From IMG/VR virus record IMGVR_UViG_3300032019_000120: DNA of 64,000 nucleotides; one strand, 5' to 3'. Source of the DNA: an uncultured virus (IMG/VR IMGVR_UViG_3300032019_000120) (Duplodnaviria; Heunggongvirae; Uroviricota; Caudoviricetes). This document shows positions 28,164 through 36,800 of this stretch, piece after piece. A program made the position numbers and the translations under genes. The notes beneath the pieces are model-generated. The model did no database searches and was not told where the DNA came from. It saw nothing but the letters and a program-made list of their open reading frames with translations. Position 1 is the first letter of the stretch. Every line of letters starts with the position of its first letter.

Positions 28164-28550
28164 ATGGAAAATCGAATAATTACAATAGAGAAACAACTGT
28201 CATCACTCGAGGCTTCTGTAAAGGGAATTCATTATGATATGCAAAGGGTGAGGAACACTAAGTCGGAATTACCTAGTTGGTTGAGAAATTCAGCCATCGC
28301 TATTCTGATGGCTATTTTTATGAATGTTATAGCTTCTGTGTGGTGGGCTTCTGGTATTACTAATACACAGGAAACACTTATACAAGCAGTAGCAGTTAAC
28401 ACAGAAGAGAGATATGAAGCCGCTGATAAATACCAAGCAATTATGATAGAACTAAATAAATTAACAGTATCATTAAGTCATATGACGGATCAGAATCAAG
28501 CGTTATTAGATGTGATACACAGATCAAATGGAGTAACCTTAGAACAATGA
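28164..28550 (+). CDS. Coiled-coil membrane protein
   Basis: Central TM AIAILMAIFMNVIASVWWAS flanked by heptads. Confidence 0.55.
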   Translation: MENRIITIEKQLSSLEASVKGIHYDMQRVRNTKSELPSWLRNSAIAILMAIFMNVIASVWWASGITNTQETLIQAVAVNTEERYEAADKYQAIMIELNKLTVSLSHMTDQNQALLDVIHRSNGVTLEQ

Positions 28551-28726
28551 AATCACTAAAACAAATCCGCGAAGCTACCGGAGATAAAGAAGCTTACCAA
28601 GCGTTTTTTAAAAAGATGCTAAAGAAATTTAACGTAACAGAGCCAGACCAGTTGGATCCAAAGGACCGCAAAAAGTTTTATGATATGGTAGACGCTGGTT
28701 GGGAAGGAGATAACGAAAATGATTAG
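28547..28726 (+). CDS. 59-aa putative internal head protein (not in ORF track)
   Basis: Hand-translated MKSLKQIREATGDKEAYQAFFKKMLKKF...GWEGDNEND; ATGA overlap with the upstream stop. Confidence 0.65.
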   Translation: MKSLKQIREATGDKEAYQAFFKKMLKKFNVTEPDQLDPKDRKKFYDMVDAGWEGDNEND

Positions 28727-28979
28727 TTTTAAAGAAGCTATTGAGCTCGACGAGAACCTCCAGGGTATTTCGAAAGCCTTATCTAAATTAGCAACCAAGC
28801 CAGAGTATAAGAAGATTAGCAAGAACCTACTATCTTTATCTAAGAGGGCTGCTGAAGGAGGTAAGAAATCTGCAGTACAATTAAGTACTCAACTTCCTAA
28901 ATTAGCACCTAAGGTTGATAAGAAGGCTGGTGCATCATTAGTTAAGATGGGTAAATTAGCTGCAACATACACACGATGA
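28719..28979 (+). CDS. Small basic putative internal head protein
   Basis: MISFKEAIELDE N-terminus; Lys-rich. Confidence 0.55.
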   Translation: MISFKEAIELDENLQGISKALSKLATKPEYKKISKNLLSLSKRAAEGGKKSAVQLSTQLPKLAPKVDKKAGASLVKMGKLAATYTR

Positions 28980-29224
28980 AAACTCTAAAACAACTTAGAG
29001 AACGTGTTGATTGCAGAACGAAAGAGTTCAAGAGTGCAATGAAACGTACTGAAGCTAGGAAATCAAAGAGAGAAACTTCTGAGATGGATGAGATTATGGC
29101 TCGAACAAACAGAGCTATTTTCGGTGAAGACTCAACAATGTCTGCATCAGGTTCTGATTCGACTGGGCCTATTGACATGCCTGATGTTAAGTTAGGAAAG
29201 GTTAAGAAACGGAAGAAGTACTAA
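28976..29224 (+). CDS. Small basic putative internal head protein
   Basis: MKTLKQLRE N-terminus. Confidence 0.55.
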   Translation: MKTLKQLRERVDCRTKEFKSAMKRTEARKSKRETSEMDEIMARTNRAIFGEDSTMSASGSDSTGPIDMPDVKLGKVKKRKKY

Positions 29225-29481
29225 TGCAAACATTTAAAGAAAGAGTTAAAGCTTCACCTGCTACAAAAGCTAAATTAGGCAAGCCTTTAGGAAGAACCGA
29301 TGCTGCAGACATGAAACGTGTAGTGAGAAACATTGTAAGTTCACTAGACCAACTCGCCTGGAAAATGGAAAATCAAATTATATTTGATAAGCCTATTGAC
29401 TCTACAATCAAGAAAATTGACTCTTTAATTAAAGAAGCTAAACTACTAGAAAAAGAACTAAAGCAAACGCTGAAAGTTTAA
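29224..29481 (+). CDS. Small basic putative internal head protein
   Basis: MQTFKE N-terminus; Lys-rich. Confidence 0.5.
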   Translation: MQTFKERVKASPATKAKLGKPLGRTDAADMKRVVRNIVSSLDQLAWKMENQIIFDKPIDSTIKKIDSLIKEAKLLEKELKQTLKV

Positions 29482-29492
29482 TGGAGTAGGCC

Positions 29493-31157
29493 ATGAATAT
29501 TGGTACTGCTGCTAAGAGTTACACATATCTAATACATGACGACCATGTAATATGTAATCCTCAAGATACTGATGTTCGATACGAAACAATTGATGCTGAT
29601 ACTGGTTCCAGTAATGTATTGGTTGGTGGCAATCGAACTCTTAGGGTTACAGATCCATCCGACTCCCATATCTATCAACTAAGTCCTGGTTCAGGATTAG
29701 ACCCAGACTATTGTCCGGTATCTAACACAGCATCTGATGCTATCACACACGTAACATATATCAATGAAGGCTCCCCTAATGTCTATATCAATAATCTCAG
29801 CGTAGCTAGGGAATATGATCAGTATACATGCAGCTCTTATGTTTGGAATGCTGATGAAGACAATAAGGTACACATTAATGATATTGTTCTTGAACCAACC
29901 CTATTAAGGCTAAATTCTGCTGGGTCCATAATACAACCTCAAGTACCTGCAAGACCCCCGACTCCTGTTCCGTCTTTGCCAGAGTACGACAATGCTAAAA
30001 CTCTTCAAACTCAACTTCTGGGCCAGATTATAAGTAATTCTACTGCAAGAGGCATGTTGTATAGAAAAGCAAAGTATGATGCTACAGGTGCCCCAATTGA
30101 TTCGCCATATGTAAGAAACGTTATATACAATACTGCGCGTTCATATTGGTGGTATGAACAAACACAAAATGAACTAATACATGAAATAGATTCTGGTATT
30201 AGATGGGCCAAGGCTAATAGAAACGCTATTATGGCGGATCCGACTTTAATGTTAGGTCGCCTTCCTGATTATAATCATGATGCATGGGATGTTACTGGCT
30301 TTGATACAACCGTTTCTCCTCCAGCATTAACTCTGACATCCGTTCTAACCGGTAACAACGTCGAATTGGAATATGATCCGAATATAGTTGATGAACCTAA
30401 TTGGAATTCATTAAATGATGCAGAGAAGTACTTTCAACTATACATTGATGGCGGCATTATAAACTCTGATACTGGTGGTAGGATTCATAATATAATACAT
30501 GATGTAACAGGAATAAATGTTATAGAATGGAATAATTATGTAAGTAATGTTCTTGGTGTTATTCGAGCAGACTTAAATCACCAAGAAAACAAATGGGGGG
30601 ATTTTGAACCAACAAAAGTGTATGTTAATGTTGTTAAACATATTAATAATGACACAACAGGTGCTGTATTCATAGCTAGTAGTGGTAATAATACAATGGA
30701 CTTAGCTCGGGGTAATCCGCATCCTGGTGATGAACCTTATATGAGAAATGCATTTTTCCATGAAATGGGACACATGCTTAACCCTAATAACTGGAATCTG
30801 TTGGATGCCGCGGAACTAACTTCAGATAACAACTCTTTGGTACAAGTGTGTGGACAATTACACAATAAAGGATATCATACATTAGATGTTTATTATGGAG
30901 GCATGGCTGGATCGTATAGCACAGCACACTTGCAAGGTGAGTTTGCTTGTAGAACATTATCTCTAATGCTGAGCGTTCCTGGATTAACTTTTGAAAATGA
31001 TATCTATCCTCAATTCAATGCAGCAGGATTAAAATTACGAGAATCCACGGTAAAGGATATTGACAAACAGATGTTCAATGCTGGCTTAACCCAACGAGAC
31101 TATTCATCTAGACCTACTACATCAGGCCTATTATCTCCTGTAACATACAGAACTTAA
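29493..31157 (+). CDS. PAAR-like (gp5.4-like) domain fused to a zincin metallopeptidase domain
   Basis: GSSNVLVGG..LRVTD..H and H...INEGSPNVYINNLSVAR..D..C repeats; Pro-rich linker; FFHEMGH...GEFACR. Confidence 0.65.
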   Translation: MNIGTAAKSYTYLIHDDHVICNPQDTDVRYETIDADTGSSNVLVGGNRTLRVTDPSDSHIYQLSPGSGLDPDYCPVSNTASDAITHVTYINEGSPNVYINNLSVAREYDQYTCSSYVWNADEDNKVHINDIVLEPTLLRLNSAGSIIQPQVPARPPTPVPSLPEYDNAKTLQTQLLGQIISNSTARGMLYRKAKYDATGAPIDSPYVRNVIYNTARSYWWYEQTQNELIHEIDSGIRWAKANRNAIMADPTLMLGRLPDYNHDAWDVTGFDTTVSPPALTLTSVLTGNNVELEYDPNIVDEPNWNSLNDAEKYFQLYIDGGIINSDTGGRIHNIIHDVTGINVIEWNNYVSNVLGVIRADLNHQENKWGDFEPTKVYVNVVKHINNDTTGAVFIASSGNNTMDLARGNPHPGDEPYMRNAFFHEMGHMLNPNNWNLLDAAELTSDNNSLVQVCGQLHNKGYHTLDVYYGGMAGSYSTAHLQGEFACRTLSLMLSVPGLTFENDIYPQFNAAGLKLRESTVKDIDKQMFNAGLTQRDYSSRPTTSGLLSPVTYRT

Positions 31158-31167
31158 CGCTAACCTC

Positions 31168-31175
31168 TATAAATA
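31168..31175 (+). promoter_or_regulatory. T4-type late promoter
   Basis: Intergenic TATAAATA followed by a GGAGA ribosome-binding site. Confidence 0.8.
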
Positions 31176-31194
31176 GTTATATTATGGAGAGATT

Positions 31195-32172
31195 ATGTCA
31201 TTAGCTGATATCCAAGTTAAAAAATTCAAAGAAAAGATAAGACACATTGCGGAACGGTTTATAATCGATCCGGAAGTTATCTCTAGTGATATAAAAAAGA
31301 TTGATGATAATATCAAAGATACGGTGAGCTCATTATTTTTTGTTACTACTGATAGTAATCAGGAAAATATGGATATGTTAGATTATCTTCCTGATAGTAT
31401 TGTCTCCTTGGTTGATAAAGCGTTGGAGATTCTTCCTCATGATTGTTTACTAATACAGAATCCAGACTTCTATCTTCCTGTAGATACTGATTTAAAGTTA
31501 ATTATGTCTACTAATGCTATAATGGGAAAATCCACTGCAGGTGATTATGATGAGAGCACTAAAACTCTAAGATTAAACTGGGACAGGGTAACTGACCATA
31601 AGAAGTATGTAACATCATTAATTGAGTCACCAACTGCCCACCCTACTATTGATAGTGGTGGAGGCATACAACTGTTGTCTACTTTGGTACATGAGTATGG
31701 ACATCATATGTGGCATGAGATGGTCCGAATGGCAGATTATAAACAATATAGGTATAAGTATTCAGGCCTCCTTTTGATTGTTCCAAAGGTTGAAGAGGCA
31801 TTCAAACTGTCAGGAGTGGCAGCACCACCGGTCGATCCACTCGCTCCACCAGTACTCACTGAGATACAAGAAAAAATGGATGCGGACCTCTACCACAATC
31901 TTTGGAAAGCTTTTCATGATGATATTCAAATAGAGTTCTCAGTAGTCGGTGCGAAGGACGGAGAGGACAATGATTTATATGATGATGATCAGAAAGTGTC
32001 TGAGGTAATGGCAAGAATGAGATCTGCTGCCTCCCTACGAAACTATTACAAAGACCTTGATGATATGTTCGATAGAGATTTTAATGTTCATGATATTATG
32101 TATCAAGAGTCTATAAATTTCTTTGATGCATTTATTTGGGGTTATGCTGCTGACGTACGGAGGTACAAATAA
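31195..32172 (+). CDS. Zincin-like metallopeptidase protein
   Basis: AGDYD..TLRLN, TLVHEYGHH, downstream SEVMAR. Confidence 0.65.
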   Translation: MSLADIQVKKFKEKIRHIAERFIIDPEVISSDIKKIDDNIKDTVSSLFFVTTDSNQENMDMLDYLPDSIVSLVDKALEILPHDCLLIQNPDFYLPVDTDLKLIMSTNAIMGKSTAGDYDESTKTLRLNWDRVTDHKKYVTSLIESPTAHPTIDSGGGIQLLSTLVHEYGHHMWHEMVRMADYKQYRYKYSGLLLIVPKVEEAFKLSGVAAPPVDPLAPPVLTEIQEKMDADLYHNLWKAFHDDIQIEFSVVGAKDGEDNDLYDDDQKVSEVMARMRSAASLRNYYKDLDDMFDRDFNVHDIMYQESINFFDAFIWGYAADVRRYK

Positions 32173-33833
32173 TGGCTTATCAATCTGCAAACAATCCTCA
32201 ATTTAAACCTCCTATATTAGATAATTTACTTCCTCGCGGACGGCATCATACACATGCGCATCTTAGAAATGACGTTATCAATGAACTGCAGTCACTTAAT
32301 TGGAGTGCTACTAACGATGGTAAATTAACTCCTACTCAATTCTTCGATGATTTTTGGCAGCCTGTGAGGCTCCAAGAGATTGATGAGGGCTTAGCTAATC
32401 ACAGGGGGTTCATGCCCCAAGTTAGGAATACAATATTAACGGATACACACATAAATCCTTTTCAAAATGGCCATTCTAATCAAACCACATTTGAACAAAT
32501 GGCCCAGGATAATTTGGGGTTGGCATCGCATGCTGTTGAAACTGCACGATTACAGGACGAGGAGATCACTCGTCTTGAAAACTCATTTAGCGCTACTGTC
32601 GATCAATTTCATCCAATAGTCAATGGTGTTAGAACTACATGTGGTTCTGGACAAGACTTGATAAATATTTTGCAGGCGCGAGGTTCTAGCACACAACATA
32701 TTAACCCAACAAATTACTATAGTTGGAGTATTAATTTTAACGGTAGGGCAAATTCAAATGATGGGATATGCAGACAGATTAAAGTAATGCCATCAGGCAA
32801 TTCGTTTACTATTTTTACTATAGCATTTGAGTACTCGTATCGATACGCTGAAATGATTGTAGATCCCCTGTTATTAACATCATCTCAAGTTATCGATTTG
32901 ATACTAGATGATATTGACAACATAGGGGGTAGTGTAGACTGGGGTGAAATCCTGCAGACTTTTCAAAGATGCAATGCCAACATGAGGGACCTTCCTATTC
33001 TAGCTGTTGATCAATATCAAGAAAGTGCAGGTATGTATGCAGCTGATCAAGGGCGGGCATCTGTCTTTGGTGTCGTAAGCCAACCCGCCTATTCTATTTC
33101 AGCTATTGTACATAATCTGACCCCAGGAGCACATCGGCCTAAATTATTCCCCTTTTCCCGTCATACGCATGGTTTTTTTAATTTTCATACATTTGTGCAT
33201 GAGGTGATTGGTCATGCTGGTAGTGGAACTATTGAATCTACCGGACAAGAGCAAATATGGTCGAAGACGTCGATAGCAAATAATAACCATTGGATAACAG
33301 TAGCAGAGACCTTTTTTGGTAAAACATATATTATGGGAACGTGGATGAATACACCAACACAGAACATACTATACCCGAATGGAACGTCCCAGTCACTAGA
33401 TAAATGGTATTTTCATTTAGCGAGCTTACGTATGGGCATGGTGGCAGGCGTCTATACAGTGGATAACATGTTGGAAGAGTTTTTATGTAGAGTATTGGGT
33501 ATGCTTATAATCAATAGAGGTGCAACATTTGCTGATAATATACTTCCAGAAATAAATAGGAAATTAAGTGCTAATCGTCCTAACAAAATTATCGATAGAG
33601 GATTTGGCCACTTAGTTGATGCTCAGCTGAAAAAATCTGGATTGAAAAATCGAGGTGCATACTATGCAACCAATCAGCATGGTGCTCTATTAGATATGCC
33701 TAACTCAGAAGATGTTGAACTATTAATGGCAAGGGCTGCATTAGGAACAACGAGCTCCACTAAAAGTGAAGTGGCATGGGCCATACAAATAAAACAAGAA
33801 CAAGATGCTGGTGGGGATAACTATAATGTCTAA
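32172..33833 (+). CDS. Zincin-like metallopeptidase protein
   Basis: AGMY, TFVHEVIGH, EEFLCRVLGMLIINRG. Confidence 0.6.
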   Translation: MAYQSANNPQFKPPILDNLLPRGRHHTHAHLRNDVINELQSLNWSATNDGKLTPTQFFDDFWQPVRLQEIDEGLANHRGFMPQVRNTILTDTHINPFQNGHSNQTTFEQMAQDNLGLASHAVETARLQDEEITRLENSFSATVDQFHPIVNGVRTTCGSGQDLINILQARGSSTQHINPTNYYSWSINFNGRANSNDGICRQIKVMPSGNSFTIFTIAFEYSYRYAEMIVDPLLLTSSQVIDLILDDIDNIGGSVDWGEILQTFQRCNANMRDLPILAVDQYQESAGMYAADQGRASVFGVVSQPAYSISAIVHNLTPGAHRPKLFPFSRHTHGFFNFHTFVHEVIGHAGSGTIESTGQEQIWSKTSIANNNHWITVAETFFGKTYIMGTWMNTPTQNILYPNGTSQSLDKWYFHLASLRMGMVAGVYTVDNMLEEFLCRVLGMLIINRGATFADNILPEINRKLSANRPNKIIDRGFGHLVDAQLKKSGLKNRGAYYATNQHGALLDMPNSEDVELLMARAALGTTSSTKSEVAWAIQIKQEQDAGGDNYNV

Positions 33834-36800
33834 TCCAGTTAATCCAAGTACAAATGTAAACCAAGCATTAATTGCTTATGGCACCCAACAAAGATTAGAA
33901 GACTTAAATGATACTCAAAGAGCAATCGTTCACTCTGTAATCCGCGAAGTACATGGTCCTCAGAATGAATATGTAATTGCTATTGAGGAGCCAACGTTAA
34001 AGGACTATATTGAAAAGCGTATAGACCTATACAATGAAGGGGGTTATGGCTCAGAAAATAAACTAGTTGAATTACAACCAGCAAATAGATGGTCAGAAGC
34101 CTCTGTTAAGGATACTCCAAATTTCAACAACGTGATAGCATTTGATGCTGCTATCTTAGGTACAGATTCTAAAATAGATGGGTTACCTATACTCCATATT
34201 GATACACAAGAAGCCTTAAACTCATTCTTGGGTGGTGATTATATGGAGACCGTTGAGGGCGAACTAAAAGTAAGATGGTCAGATTTGGATAGGGTTTTCT
34301 GTGGCATTTCAATACATGTTGAAATGAGTGATATCCCTTATCTAGCTAATGTGGGTATTAAGCAAGGAAACATATACATCTTCCACCCCCACGTAAATAA
34401 ACTTTGGGACATACTAGCTTCGTCTGAACCAGCAATCTATAGATTTACAAAAACAGCTGAGTTCCAAACTAAACCTTTATCAGAAATTGAGTATGATAAT
34501 ATATTAACTAATGGCAATTCTAATCGCAAACTAATCGCTGATATAACCGCTCAAACTTTAAGAAACAAATTAGTAAATGTTAACAATCTTGAGTCGCTGA
34601 CAAACCCTCAACAACCAAGCCAGGTTGCTAAAGAGATATTAACTAAGAACCTTGAAATGATTGATATTACATCCGCCGCCGACAAGTTCTCTCAGGGAGT
34701 TGATCATAAGTTATGGCGTGTTATGGATCCACGTTACCTTGATTGGGCTGAAGATACTAAAATGGGAACGGTTGATGTTGAAGAGTACTCTAGGTTCGAT
34801 ACCATACACAAGTTGTTTCTTCAATCTGACTATGACATGGCTGTTGAGATGAGAGAGCTGTTTTTAAAACCCGGTGTTGTTGAAAATTCAATTCTAGCTG
34901 GGCCCATTGATAATACTCCTGACGCGATTCGTGATTATTTATCAGATGGTAATTTAGCTGAGTTTATGAGGAATTTAGACAGTTTGGCAAGTCCAATGGA
35001 GGTTATGGACACCATCAAAGATAATGCATCTCAATTTGCTCTTGGCTCGTCAGTAGGTGATGACCATCTATACGAGAAATTGGTGAATCGATTAGGGAAT
35101 ACTTCTATAGAAGATACAGAATATATAATCTTTGGTGATAAAGATAAAATATTGTGGAAAAAATATGCCAACCAAAAAATCTACGTACCATCAAACATCG
35201 CAAACTTTTCGCGAATCGAATTTACAGCACACTATGATCCGGATCTCGGAAGAATGTTTGATTTCGGCTTTATTAAGAAACGATCACTAGAGTTTCACTG
35301 GGAATCTGATATTACCAGGGAACAGATGGTGGCTAGAGAAAGGCATGCTGTCATGCAGCTGGAATACCATCTATATACTAGAGTGCTTAAAGATTATAGT
35401 GGATTACTGTCATCTCAATTATATTCAGATGGTGTATTTGCACGTCAAAGATTCTTCGATTACATGTGGGCGTCCGGAAAGTTTGATGAAATGGATGCTA
35501 CTGTATTTCGATCAGACTTCATTCATGATAACCACGAGATTACTACTATTAATCAACTAGTGGATGATGCTTATACTGCAGGTGCTATAGCTAGCTCATT
35601 TTCATCATATCGCGATGGTGTTGGTGATATTGAATTAACTAATGGATTGATAGGGAAAGTAGTTGAAGGTGCAAGCATTGTAGAGGACGCTGCTGGGAAT
35701 CCCACTAGAATTAATGGCGCCGAACTGAAAAAGAGATATCTCACAACAGGAAGCATATTTGCAAATGGTAAACGACTAGCTTATGTGAATGCTAGTATGG
35801 CTAAGCGTGGTAAAGATGATCCCGCGTTTCTTTCTAGTTTTGACTACGCCGACGCTGATGGAGAACCACATGTCTTCGTACTACAAGACTCTATTAGGCC
35901 TCATGTAAAATTATCTCCACGAGAATATGTCCATAGAAGATTTAATGATGACCTCATGATTATTACCGCGGCACAAAAAGCTGAGGATTTTCTTGATACT
36001 CTTTCTGACGAAGAAAAAAACAAAGCTTCATTTTTTGACAAAATAAACGAGGAGTTGCTTCTACTAACTGTGGAAGAATTAAAGGAGCATCCACACTGGA
36101 GCTACTACTACAACCAGACGATTGCAGATATTAACTTAGGAGTAACAGAAAGAACATCTAAAACCCAACTAGAGCAAATGGGAATTCGTGTGATGGAGAA
36201 AGTAACCGAACTTGATTCAGATCGAGTAATTTACTTTGATGTTGATCATTGGATATACGCTCAAGATGATTACGAGCAAAGAATGAGTGATAGGAAAAAA
36301 GGGGCTGGTGCATCAATAACATATGAGATTATGGATAGGGGTACATCTCATGAGAAGCTTGTTATTTCTAGTATTATGGTGGGAAATTCACCTGACAAGA
36401 GGTTGCAAGGTAAGGGTATATTCCTTTTAGAAATGCTAGCTAAGGTAGAAGGCCATATCATGAAGATTGATACAGGCTCCTTAACTCCTGATGGAGCAGC
36501 ACTTTTTGCTGGCTGGATTAGTCATATCAAGAAACATAATAGATGGCATGAGTTTCCTTGGTTTAGTAGTGGAGCTCAAATAAGACAATTAGGAATTGCG
36601 ATTGACGGGACAGGCAGTAACGTGCCGCGAGGTGCAATTTATAATAATGTTAATATGGCTACACTTGATTTTCAAATTCACCCGTTGGCCACATATATCC
36701 CGATGTCTGAATGGAGAAAACAAATCATGACATATGACACTCCATATTATGGAGTAAGAGCCCTTCCGATGGATGATTGGCAACTAAATCCTGACACCAA

